NCBI GenBank assembly: GCA_965248435.1
Contig: OZ252100.1
Location: forward strand, 3,872,001 to 3,936,000
Direction of reading: 5' to 3'
Source: Candidatus Latescibacterota bacterium
GTDB lineage: Bacteria; Latescibacterota; UBA2968; GCA-2709665
DNA: 64,000 nt
Shown: positions 19,500 through 29,267 of the stretch, piece after piece
How the letters are laid out: every line of letters starts with the position of its first letter
How positions within the stretch are numbered: position 1 is the first letter of the stretch
Position numbers and translations under genes: made by a program
The notes under the pieces: generated by a model
What the model saw: only the letters and a program-made list of their open reading frames with translations
The model's database searches: none
What the model was told of the DNA's origin: nothing

Positions 19500-22400
19500 A
19501 TGAAGTTTCTTTGCAGCTTCGTATCCATCCTTTTGGTGGGGGCGCTCGTCGCCTTCAGCCCGACGGATGGAACAGCCGGTACTGTCGGCAAGGTCCAGGG
19601 CGTGGTGCAGGACGATACGGGCAATCCGCTGCCCGGGGCCAACGTCGTGGTCGAGGGCACCCAGCGCGGTGCCACGACCGATTCCGACGGGTATTACGCG
19701 ATTCTGGGCATCGACCCGGGCAGGCAGCGGGTCGTTGCTTCGATGATCGGATATAACACCTCGGCCGTGGAAAACGTGTCCGTCAAGGCGGACTTCACGA
19801 CCACCCTCGATTTCACCCTTTCGGAGACCGCCATAGAGGCGGTGGAGATGGTGGTTACAGCGAAGCGGCCGCCCGTGGAGCCCGACAGGACCTCCAGCCG
19901 CTACGTGGTCGACATCTTCGAGATTCAGAATGTGCCGCTGGCACGGAACACCGAAGACCTGATCGAGCTTCAGCCGGGCGTTTCGCTGGATGGCGCGCTG
20001 CGCCTGCGGGGTTCCGACCACGTGCAGAACACGACGTCGTCGCAGGCCATGTACTATGAGGTGGATGGCGTCAGGATGATCAACGACGACGGCTCAGCCA
20101 ACTACCAGCAATGGACGCCCCTGAACAAGGGCGCGCTGCAGGAGATATCGGTCATCGTCGGCGGGATGGACGCCGAGTACGGCAGTGCGTCTGGCGGCGT
20201 TCTCAGCCTGGTGAGCAGAGAGTCCGGAGCCAGGTTCGGGGGCCAGGCAGAGGTCCGGATTCACCCGCCTGGAAAGAAGCACTTCGGGCCCAACGTCTAC
20301 GAGAGCGCTGAGTTCAAGCGCATGACCGGCCTGGAGAACCCCTGGTCCGATCAGGACTTCGTGAACTATGAGAGAGGTGCGGCCAACTCAGAGCTTCCCG
20401 GCCAGAAGCATCACGTGCGGCAGGACTACACGGACAACTGGGGGCAGTTCGTCGAAGGCTCGCTCAACGGCCCGATCTCGGATAACGCCGGGTTCTTCGT
20501 GAACGCGAGGACGAGCCGCGTACAGGCCCGTTGGCCCGACCGGTGGGGGCGCGAGCCGCCGAACTACCAGGGGTCGGGGAATGTGACCTTCCGCAGTGGC
20601 GCCAACTTGAAGTTCAAGGTGGGCGGCATCTACGGCTACCGTGAGCAGTCCTACGGTATGCAGACGATGACGTCAGCCTTGGGCGGGGTTGTTGGGGGCA
20701 ACAACTGGTGGAGGAAATTTTATCCGGACTTGCGCGTGCTTTTCCATCCGGAAGGCTTCTCCAGCCGCGGCACGATCGAGAACACTGAAAAGGTGGCCTA
20801 CGTGACGGCCACGCATTCCCTCTCGCCGAAGACCTTCTACGACATTCGGGCCTCCTTCCAGCAGACGACCGTAGGTGTGGGAGGCGCCGTTGCGGAGGGG
20901 CAGGGTTCGCAGTGGGTCACCTCTTCCATTCCCAGGGACGACTGGGGGTTCTTCCTGCTATGGTCGAATCACAACACGGTCGACGAGAACCGCAAGCGGA
21001 TGACCCTGAAGGCCGACGTGACCAGCCAGGTCCAGAAGTCGATCCTGGGCAAGGCCGGGTTCGAGCTCGTCCGCTACGATGTCTTCCTGGACAACTTCCA
21101 GGAGCATTTTGGGCACCCTGGAAGGTGGCGGCAGCTGGTCGGCGTGGGCGACCCGTACGTGGGGCAGGAGGGACACATCCTCAACCATCTGGGCGGCTAC
21201 GTCCAGACCAAGATGGAGTTCGAGGGCCTGGTGATCAACGCGGGCGTTCGGGGCGACATATTGCTGATGGACGACATGTGGCCGAACGACGCCTTTGTCT
21301 GGCCGCACTACTGGTCGCTTACGCGCTTCCGGAACGCGCTGCGGACATCGGCGGACCCGATGAAGAGCATCAGCCCCCGGCTCGGGATTTCGCATCCGAT
21401 CACGGAGCGCTCCACGGTCCGGTTCCACACCGGCGTGTTCCACACCTATCCGGACAAGGTCAGGCTCTACAAACGCTGGTACTGGGGCCTCGACGAAGAC
21501 ACCGACGTGAACGGGAACGGGCAGATCGACCAGCTCGAGAAAGAAAACGCGCTTACGGGGCGGAACGAAGCCCTGCAGTACTCGCGGGATATCGAGCCGG
21601 AGAAGACGATCGCCTTCGAGGCGGGCGTCGACTGGAACTTTGCCGGCGACTTCGTCCTGCAGGTCACGGCCTACCAGAAGGACCTGAAGGGGAAGGTCAT
21701 GCGTCACTCCACCCTGATCTACCCCGACAAGAGCCTGGTGACGGAAAGAGCCAGCGGCTCTGTGCTGGGCAACCACCGGGGGACAAACTCCAGCCGCGGG
21801 TTCGAGCTGTCGTTCAGGAAGATGTTCAGCCAGATGACCTCGTTCAACGTGTCGTGGAACATCGCCTGGGTTGAACAGCAGCAGACCCGCGAGGAACGAT
21901 ACCTGCTCCACGACGCCACTTACTTGAACGGGCCGAATTTCTTCTCCGGCGTGACGGCGAATGCCGACGGATCGGAATCGCCCAAGGCCCCGACGGCTGC
22001 GGAGCGTGCCGATTTTGTGGCCGCCGCGGAGAAAAACCTGGCCAATGCCCACGCCCGGGCAGGCACCATGGATGCGGGCCTCAACGTCTGGCACGACGTG
22101 AGGACAAGTTCGGATTCGGACCCCGGGCAGTACATCCAGATGCTGGAGCGGGCGATCTACGGAGCGGCTATCGGTCCGGAGACGCACGATCGCCGCAGCG
22201 TGGGTGCGGCCCAGTTCCTGTTCTCGGCCCCGCAAGATTTCCACATCAAGGCGCTCGCGGGAGCCCGGGCGACCATGGTCTGGAAGATCCAGGGCGGCAC
22301 CCCCTTCCGCTACACGCCGCCTCTGGGAGTTCAGGAGACCCGGAAGGGTCCCATTCAGACTATGACGGACGTGAACTTCGAGAAGGACTTCAGTGTCGGC

Positions 22401-22658
22401 CAGACCGGGCTGATCACGGGCTTCGTCGAAGTCCGGAACCTCTGGAACCAGAGGGCGGATATCGCAAACACCCGGGACTTCAACTACGTGCTCCACGGGC
22501 TGAGTCTGCCCGAGCCGGACGACGCGAACTACCTGAAGTTCGGGGACTACAAAGACGTCACGCGCTGGGCCTTGGGTGTCAATTCACAGGATCATGGCCA
22601 GGAAGCATTCGGACTCGGCCCGCGCGAGTTCGTGCTCGGCGCTCGACTATCATTCTGA
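19500..22658 (+). CDS. TonB-dependent receptor with carboxypeptidase-regulatory-like N-terminal domain
   Basis: Signal peptide, PLPGANVVVEGT, plug motif GGMDAEYG..GGV, SPRLGISHPIT, terminal Phe (GARLSF); RBS AGGAGG. Confidence 0.92.
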   Translation: MKFLCSFVSILLVGALVAFSPTDGTAGTVGKVQGVVQDDTGNPLPGANVVVEGTQRGATTDSDGYYAILGIDPGRQRVVASMIGYNTSAVENVSVKADFTTTLDFTLSETAIEAVEMVVTAKRPPVEPDRTSSRYVVDIFEIQNVPLARNTEDLIELQPGVSLDGALRLRGSDHVQNTTSSQAMYYEVDGVRMINDDGSANYQQWTPLNKGALQEISVIVGGMDAEYGSASGGVLSLVSRESGARFGGQAEVRIHPPGKKHFGPNVYESAEFKRMTGLENPWSDQDFVNYERGAANSELPGQKHHVRQDYTDNWGQFVEGSLNGPISDNAGFFVNARTSRVQARWPDRWGREPPNYQGSGNVTFRSGANLKFKVGGIYGYREQSYGMQTMTSALGGVVGGNNWWRKFYPDLRVLFHPEGFSSRGTIENTEKVAYVTATHSLSPKTFYDIRASFQQTTVGVGGAVAEGQGSQWVTSSIPRDDWGFFLLWSNHNTVDENRKRMTLKADVTSQVQKSILGKAGFELVRYDVFLDNFQEHFGHPGRWRQLVGVGDPYVGQEGHILNHLGGYVQTKMEFEGLVINAGVRGDILLMDDMWPNDAFVWPHYWSLTRFRNALRTSADPMKSISPRLGISHPITERSTVRFHTGVFHTYPDKVRLYKRWYWGLDEDTDVNGNGQIDQLEKENALTGRNEALQYSRDIEPEKTIAFEAGVDWNFAGDFVLQVTAYQKDLKGKVMRHSTLIYPDKSLVTERASGSVLGNHRGTNSSRGFELSFRKMFSQMTSFNVSWNIAWVEQQQTREERYLLHDATYLNGPNFFSGVTANADGSESPKAPTAAERADFVAAAEKNLANAHARAGTMDAGLNVWHDVRTSSDSDPGQYIQMLERAIYGAAIGPETHDRRSVGAAQFLFSAPQDFHIKALAGARATMVWKIQGGTPFRYTPPLGVQETRKGPIQTMTDVNFEKDFSVGQTGLITGFVEVRNLWNQRADIANTRDFNYVLHGLSLPEPDDANYLKFGDYKDVTRWALGVNSQDHGQEAFGLGPREFVLGARLSF

Positions 22659-22734
22659 AACCCCACGGCGCGCGCCCCGGAACGATTCGGACGAACCGCT
22701 CCGGGGGCACCCATTTGGAAGGAGTTGCGTGACC

Positions 22735-25113
22735 ATGTTCAACATTCAGTTAAAGAGATGGGGATGCGTCGGGCTGATCGTGGCGGTGTGGCTGGCCGCG
22801 GACCCATTCGGCGCGGCGGCCCAGCAAGACATGACTTCCTACCGGCGCAACTTTACACGCTCGCTCATGTGGTCGAGCTTTCAGAACAACGGCCTTTTCG
22901 GTTCAAGCTGGGGGGTTTGGGGAGAGGGGATGTACTGGCACACCTATCCCGGCCTCGGGGCCGGCTCGCAATCTACGGCCAGGTCTGACTGGTACTGGGG
23001 GATCAAGCCATCCGGCTGGGGCGGGGGCCACGAAGCGACCTACATCTCCGTCACCAGGTCCTACGTTACCATGACGACCGTGGGAGGCGAGGAATTCGTT
23101 TCGGACGGCATGTTCCTGGGGGGGAAGGGAGATCTGACGGCCCGCATCTACGACATCGAGAACAGCCCGGAGGCGACCTGGGGCCTGGACACCAAGGCGC
23201 CGGAACGGTCCACGTTAACGGGAGAGAGCACTGCGACCTGGTGGAACGGAAAAGCGACGTCGTTTATGAACGACGACCCGGCCACTACAGTCCCGTATGA
23301 GATCCACAACTACGACTACGGAGTCTACCCGCCGGTCCAGAACGCGGCTGAGGCGGTATTGATCTCGGAGTGGACCTCGAACGAGCACGGCGGGGAGAAC
23401 GTGCTTAAGGGCGTGCGCAGGGTGCTGGGCTGGAGCAACCAGGACCTGGACGACGGGCTCGTCTACGAGACGGAGTGGACGAACATCAGCAACCAGCAGA
23501 TCACGAACGCCTGGTTCGGCAAAGCCCAGGCAATGCACCTGAAGAACGCCGCGCATAAGACCCGGGGCAGCTATACTTATGGCATTGCCCTATACGGTAA
23601 GGGCGCGACGGAGTACGACGACCACTTCGGCTGGTCGGAGGATCCGAATTTCCAAGGCCCTTCCGATTACGTCGGGCACAACTGGATGGTGCAGTGGGAC
23701 GGTGACGACCCGTTTGCGCTGGACGAAGACACGGGCGACCCCTTCTGGTTGGACCTGTGCTTTCACCGTGTGTGCGGGGACCCGGGCTATCTGAACTCCC
23801 TGGACCGACCGGAAGGCATGGTCCAAACCCCCGATTACATCGCCACGGGATCCCTGGCCTGGCGGGGCAGCGGCACGGGCGCCTGGAACGCGAAGGACGC
23901 AGCGGTCGGCTACGTGGAGGCGCAGGGTGATCCGGTCTACCACCACTATGAACACACCCGTGCAGGAAGGTTTGGGTTTGCAGATCCGTATTACAACTTG
24001 AGCGGCGACGGTCCGAAAACCGTCGAAGATAGGTATGCAGCGATTTCCGGGCCGAGTACCACGCCGTCTTCGCTGTCAACCCCGACGACTGCCTTGACCG
24101 ACATCATGTTCGGGCCCTACAACCTGGACCCGGGCGACAAGGTCAAGCTGGTGCTGGCCCACATCGCCGGTGCGGGCTCCCACACCACGACGAATCCGGA
24201 CAACGGCTATCCGTATGACACGAGGGAGTGGGCATGGCAGATCGGCGAGCAAAATTCCTCGCGGGATAACCCGGAGGGACGCAAAACGGAGCTGGCCAAG
24301 GGCTGGCAGGGGCTGTGGACGAACATCGAGCACGCGTATTTCGCCTACAGCAACGACTGGCAGGTCCCGACGACCCCGCCCGACATCGACTTCCAGATCG
24401 GCAATTCTCTGAACGCGCAGGTCGAGCTCACCTGGAACGGGGACGCGGAAACGTCGATCAACCCGGACTACGGGACGACCGATGTCACCGCTTACCGGGT
24501 CTACGTGTCCGAATGGTCAGAAGCGGGGCCCTGGAAGTTGAAGGGCACGGTCTCGGCCACGGGGGCGAGCTCCTACACGTGGACCGACACGGAGTCGCTG
24601 GCCGGATTCAACAGGTTCTATAACGTCCGGTCCGTCGCCTCGGGGAAGACAGACTGGAGCGAGGGGACGATGACGCTGAGCGATCTGCCGTCGCAGATGG
24701 CCGCTCACGTGACCAACGGATTGGAGAGCGGCTACTCGGCGCCCGAGCAGCGTGAGATGAAGAACATCACGCCGAGCCAGCCCTCCGACCCCAAGAGCGA
24801 CGCTCTGGAGTTTCCGGTCACCGTGGTGCCCAACCCCCTGAACATCGAGGACGGGAATCAGAACTACAACGGCGAAATCAAGATGCGATTCGTGGGCATT
24901 CCGAGCAAGGCCAAGATTTCGATTTACAGCGTCGGGGGCGATCTGGTTTCGACCGTCTTCCACAACGATCCGACCTCGGGCGAGGCCGAGTTCAGGCTGC
25001 TGAACAGCACGCTCAGCGGCCAGCTCTACTCCGGCGTCTACGTCTGGGTCGTTGAAAGCATGGTTAACCAAAGCGCGAAGCCGCAGAGCGGATACCTGGT
25101 GATCCACAGATAA
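22735..25113 (+). CDS. Secreted protein with FN3-like and T9SS type-A sorting domains
   Basis: Signal peptide; C-terminal VVPNP..ISIYSVGGDLV..SGVYVWVV. Confidence 0.8.
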   Translation: MFNIQLKRWGCVGLIVAVWLAADPFGAAAQQDMTSYRRNFTRSLMWSSFQNNGLFGSSWGVWGEGMYWHTYPGLGAGSQSTARSDWYWGIKPSGWGGGHEATYISVTRSYVTMTTVGGEEFVSDGMFLGGKGDLTARIYDIENSPEATWGLDTKAPERSTLTGESTATWWNGKATSFMNDDPATTVPYEIHNYDYGVYPPVQNAAEAVLISEWTSNEHGGENVLKGVRRVLGWSNQDLDDGLVYETEWTNISNQQITNAWFGKAQAMHLKNAAHKTRGSYTYGIALYGKGATEYDDHFGWSEDPNFQGPSDYVGHNWMVQWDGDDPFALDEDTGDPFWLDLCFHRVCGDPGYLNSLDRPEGMVQTPDYIATGSLAWRGSGTGAWNAKDAAVGYVEAQGDPVYHHYEHTRAGRFGFADPYYNLSGDGPKTVEDRYAAISGPSTTPSSLSTPTTALTDIMFGPYNLDPGDKVKLVLAHIAGAGSHTTTNPDNGYPYDTREWAWQIGEQNSSRDNPEGRKTELAKGWQGLWTNIEHAYFAYSNDWQVPTTPPDIDFQIGNSLNAQVELTWNGDAETSINPDYGTTDVTAYRVYVSEWSEAGPWKLKGTVSATGASSYTWTDTESLAGFNRFYNVRSVASGKTDWSEGTMTLSDLPSQMAAHVTNGLESGYSAPEQREMKNITPSQPSDPKSDALEFPVTVVPNPLNIEDGNQNYNGEIKMRFVGIPSKAKISIYSVGGDLVSTVFHNDPTSGEAEFRLLNSTLSGQLYSGVYVWVVESMVNQSAKPQSGYLVIHR

Positions 25114-25147
25114 GACAATGAACACCTTTCACAAAGGAAGATACGCC

Positions 25148-26158
25148 ATGAAATGGATTGTATGCAGTCTGACGGTCCTGGTGTTCGCTGCCGCAGCTGT
25201 GGTTCCGCAGGTGTCGGCGCAGGACCTGCCCTTCGAGACCACGGGGGCGATCTTAAACGAAGACATCGAGGACGTAGACCGTTCCAGCAGGCAGATCCCG
25301 ACCACGTTCCACTTCCTGAAGATCACGCCGACCGCTCGGCTGGCCGCGATGGGCGGGGCCTACACGTCGGTGGCCGACGGGATGGACGCGATCTTCTACA
25401 ACCCGGCCGGCATCGCCAACATCGAGCGGTTCGGGTGGACGTTCGGGTATACGGACTGGTTCCTGGACATGAAGTTCTACTCGGCCGCGGTCGCGATCAA
25501 CACGAAGTTCGGGGTCGTCGGACTCTCGGTGCTCAGCCTCGAACTCCCCGACGTGGAACAGAGAACGACGCTGAGGCCTGGGGGCATGGGCACGATGCTG
25601 GACCTGGGCGACACGGCCGTCGGGCTCCACTATGCCTATCGGATGACCGACAAGATGTCGGCGGGCGTCCAGATGCGTTACGCCAAGTCCAAGCTGGGTC
25701 TGGATCAGGAACTAACGGGGTGGCTGGTGAGCGCCGGGACGGTGATGCACACCGGGTTCGAAAGCCTTCGGATCGGGATGGGCATCAAGAACCTGGGCGG
25801 AAACACGAGCGCGATCGGCACGTTCGAGTCGCGGATGCCCGCGACCTTCAACGTGGGCGCATCCGGCGAAATCATGGGCGACCTGGGCGACCCGGTCTCC
25901 CTGACGGTCTCGTTCGAAGGGTCCTACCACATGGACTCCAACCAGCGCTATCACGCGGGTGCGGAGCTCTGGCTGAGGGAGATGATCGCGATACGCGCCG
26001 GAAACAACTTCGAGTATGATGCGCAGAAGTGGGCTGTCGGCGCCGGGCTCAGGGGGAACTTCCAGGGCCGCCACATTTCGGTCGACGCCTCCTATTCCGA
26101 GCTGACGGAGGAGCTGGACCACCAGCCGATCCGGTTTACTGTGAGCGGCGAGTTCTAG
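25148..26158 (+). CDS. PorV/PorQ family outer-membrane protein
   Basis: FLKITPTARLAAMGGAY, FYNPAG, terminal Phe. Confidence 0.88.
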   Translation: MKWIVCSLTVLVFAAAAVVPQVSAQDLPFETTGAILNEDIEDVDRSSRQIPTTFHFLKITPTARLAAMGGAYTSVADGMDAIFYNPAGIANIERFGWTFGYTDWFLDMKFYSAAVAINTKFGVVGLSVLSLELPDVEQRTTLRPGGMGTMLDLGDTAVGLHYAYRMTDKMSAGVQMRYAKSKLGLDQELTGWLVSAGTVMHTGFESLRIGMGIKNLGGNTSAIGTFESRMPATFNVGASGEIMGDLGDPVSLTVSFEGSYHMDSNQRYHAGAELWLREMIAIRAGNNFEYDAQKWAVGAGLRGNFQGRHISVDASYSELTEELDHQPIRFTVSGEF

Positions 26159-26212
26159 ACAAGCCCAGAAACGAACGGCGCACGGCCAGATCGCCGGGCG
26201 CGTCACCGGTTG

Positions 26213-26250
26213 AAACAGCCGCCCGGAGCGTACGCTCCGGGCGGCTGTTT
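26213..26250 (+). terminator. Rho-independent terminator
   Basis: Perfect palindrome AAACAGCCGCCCGGAGCGTACGCTCCGGGCGGCTGTTT followed by a T-rich tail. Confidence 0.85.
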
Positions 26251-26298
26251 GTTTGTTCTATCCCCTGTTGAGAATTGGCATTATCTTGATGGCTAGGC

Positions 26299-27000
26299 CG
26301 GGAACCGGGACACCAGAACACGGGAACCGGGACACCAGAACACGGGAACCGGGACACCAGAACACGGGAACCGGGACACCAGAACACGGGAACCGGGACA
26401 CCAGAACACGGGAACCGGGACACCAGAACACGGGAACCGGGACACCAGAACACGGGAACCGGGACACCAGAACACGGGAACCGGGACACCAGAACACGGG
26501 AACCGGGACACCAGAACACGGGAACCGGGACACCAGAACACGGGAACCGGGACACCAGAACACGGGAACCGGGACACCAGAACACGGGAACCGGGACACC
26601 AGAACACGGGAACCGGGACACCAGAACACGGGAACCGGGACACCAGAACACGGGAACCGGGACACCAGAACACGGGTACCGGGGCATCAAAACACGGGTA
26701 CCGGGACACCAGAACACGGGAACCGGGACACCAGAACACGGGTACCGGGGCATCAAAACACGGGTACCGGGACACCAGAACACGGGAACCGGGACACCAG
26801 AACACGGGTACCGGGGCATCAAAACACGGGTACCGGGGCATCAAAACACGGGTACCGGGGCATCAAAACACGGGTACCGGGGAACCAAAACACGGGTACC
26901 GGGGCATCAAAACACGGGTACCGGGGAACCAAAACACGGGTACCGGGGCATCAAAACACGGGTACCGGGGCATCAAAACACGGGTACCGGGTACCGTAAG
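26299..27000 (+). repeat. Tandem array of 31 x 22-bp units CGGG(A/T)ACCGGG(ACACCAG/GCATCAA)AACA
   Basis: Counted directly: 26299-26980 = 31 units, the first 17 identical; no spacers. Confidence 0.97.
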
Positions 27001-27032
27001 AGACAGGCGAAGCTCACTTCCTGATATTGGGG

Positions 27033-27219
27033 TTCGCCAGCAGGAGCTGGCCACGAAAATGTTATGCCAACACCGTGAATCATTTTGTCGCCAACGGGAG
27101 TTGGCTCCTACCGGATAAAATTTCCAAATTCATTCGGTAGGAGCCGTCTCCTGACGGCGAACCATTCGATCACGGTGTGTTGTCTCTGACAACCGTACCC
27201 GCCGCCTCCCGGCGGCGAA
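27033..27219. repeat. 187-bp GTAG-type REP/REPIN-like palindromic element, copy 1
   Basis: Contains TCGCCAACGGGAGTTGGCTCCTAC and GTAGGAGCCGTCTCCTGACGGCGA; near-identical copies at 43486 and 46773. Confidence 0.88.
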
Positions 27220-27321
27220 CATTTACTCAATGTCGAAGGGCCAAGATTTCGTTCGAACCAAGATCCCCGGTACCCGAAATCGGGTCACAGATCAGTTGAT
27301 TTGGTGTAAGGAGGGTAATCC

Positions 27322-28845
27322 ATGAGGGTTCAGGTTCCAGGCTCAGAAAACGTCGTGAACATCGGCACGCGCAAGCAGCTGTTCGTGGATGACCACATCA
27401 TCGAGACGACGCGGTGGATATCGCCTCGCTCGTGTGAAACTGCCCGATGGCTGCAGCCCCCTGCACGCCCACGCGCTGACCTGGATGGATGGAGCGAAGG
27501 GGTCGATCGGATCGAGGACGACATTCCAGGGCACCTGCTGAGGGCGACGGCGTTCGTGACCCGGATCATCAATCAGCCAGAGCGCTACGAGGGCAATCCG
27601 ATCATGGGGAAGGAACGGCCCTGGGAGGGGGAGTCCGGCCCGTGGCCGACCGGGATCACGTACGATGAGGAGGACGAGATCTGGAAGATGTGGTACCTGA
27701 GCCTGACTCACGAAGACGAGGGCCGGAGGCACGTCTACAACTGTTTGTATGCGACTTCAGAGGATGGCATCACCTGGGACCGACCTGAGTTGGGCATGGT
27801 GAAGGACAGCGCGGGCAACGACACGAACATCGTTCACGAGGGCAAGATCCAGTTCGCCTTCAAGGACCCGAGGGCCGGAGATCCTTCGAGGCGATACAAG
27901 ATGGGTGTCTCGAAGGCCTCCAAAGAGGGACTGCAGCACCCGATGGTCTACTACTCGCCGGACGGCCTCCACTGGACGCCCGACCCGGGGCCGTTCAGCC
28001 ACAACCGCGGAGATGAAACCCTGTCTGTGATGTACGACCCGCAGAGCAAGAAGTACCTGGGCTTTTGTCGTAACCGGTATCCCAAACCGACCCTTCGTCA
28101 CCGGACGGAGCGATCGCTCCTGAGGATCCAGAGCAACGACCTGGTCCACTGGTCGATGTCGGAGCCGATCATGGACAAGGATTCGCTGGACCCGTTCGAC
28201 ACAGACTTCTACGGCATGAGAGGGACATTCTACGAGAGCGTGTACCTCGGTTTCGTGAATGTTCATCATACTGCGAAGGACGATTTCGACATCTGGTTCG
28301 CCTACAGCAGAGACAGCTTTCACTGGGAGCGGATTCGGACAGGACCTTTCTTGCCCCTGGGCCCTGAAGGGAGCTGGGACCAGGGCCAGGTTTCGGCGGT
28401 GCAAGAGCCGATTCGGCTGAACAACGAGCTCTGGTTCTACTACACGGGCGTGGACGGATATCACGATGCGCGGGGCAGGGCAGCCGCTCTGGGCCTGGCG
28501 AAGCTGCGCGTGGACGGCTTCGTGTCGATCGACGCGTTCGAGAACACGCACCGGGGGAAGAATTACCCCCCGACGCTCCTCACAAAGCCGCTCTACTCGC
28601 CGGGCAACAGGCTGGAGGTAAACGTGGATGCCTCCAAGGGGTTCATCGAGGCCGAGCTGTTGAACGTGGACGGGTATCCGATAGAGGGTTATTCGAATGA
28701 CGACTGCGACACGTTCAAGGGAGACAGCCTGGCGCACACGTTCACCTGGAAAGGGAGGTCGGATATCGGAGATCAGGTTCCGGTAAGGATTCGGTTTACG
28801 ATGAATAACGCGAAGCTTTATGCGTTGCAGATTCCTGAGGCGTAG
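27322..28845 (+). CDS. Beta-propeller glycoside-hydrolase-like protein (GH32/43/130-like), paralog 1
   Basis: KQLFVDD, WKMWY, YATSEDGITW, SPDGLHW, SRDSFHW, AKLRVDGF. Confidence 0.75.
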   Translation: MRVQVPGSENVVNIGTRKQLFVDDHIIETTRWISPRSCETARWLQPPARPRADLDGWSEGVDRIEDDIPGHLLRATAFVTRIINQPERYEGNPIMGKERPWEGESGPWPTGITYDEEDEIWKMWYLSLTHEDEGRRHVYNCLYATSEDGITWDRPELGMVKDSAGNDTNIVHEGKIQFAFKDPRAGDPSRRYKMGVSKASKEGLQHPMVYYSPDGLHWTPDPGPFSHNRGDETLSVMYDPQSKKYLGFCRNRYPKPTLRHRTERSLLRIQSNDLVHWSMSEPIMDKDSLDPFDTDFYGMRGTFYESVYLGFVNVHHTAKDDFDIWFAYSRDSFHWERIRTGPFLPLGPEGSWDQGQVSAVQEPIRLNNELWFYYTGVDGYHDARGRAAALGLAKLRVDGFVSIDAFENTHRGKNYPPTLLTKPLYSPGNRLEVNVDASKGFIEAELLNVDGYPIEGYSNDDCDTFKGDSLAHTFTWKGRSDIGDQVPVRIRFTMNNAKLYALQIPEA

Positions 28846-29267
28846 AGAATGGTCACTCAATTGCGGATTGCGGAATGGGGATTGCGGATTGAAAATGGCT
28901 GGATCACGAAAGGGCACGAAAGTCCACGAAGGAAAGTGAGAATTAAGAGTTCTAGGTCATTGAATCACTACTCCGTATTTGTCATTCCGAAGCGTCAGCG
29001 AGGAATCTCAACAGGCAACGGAACAGCCGTTACTTCGGGACGGGATTCGGTGAGTCCATCACTCTTGAGATCCCTCGTCACACGGCTGCTCAGAGGGTTA
29101 AGAAAGCATCTTAAGGACGCGAAGTGGCTCCTCGGGATAGACAAATCGGGTACGTTGCTTGTGTATATGTTAATGCGTGATGAATCACCAATCCGCAATC
29201 CGAAATCCCAAATCCGCAATTGGATAGCGGATCACTCTGTTTTTTCACTTATAAGGAGTAACGAGTC
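28841..29267. repeat. Composite spacer: inverted ATTGCGG heptamers around a GTCATTCCG..GGAATCTC palindrome pair
   Basis: Forward heptamers 28858-28892, reverse 29189-29222; near-identical copy at 30769-31196. Confidence 0.9.

Noticed and set aside
26299-27000. CRISPR array
   Set aside because: Units are contiguous with no unique spacers, and there are no cas genes
26136-27054. Repetitive ORFs (GTGTPEHGNRDTR..., VPVPVFWCPG...)
   Set aside because: Open in several frames only because the 22-bp unit lacks stop codons
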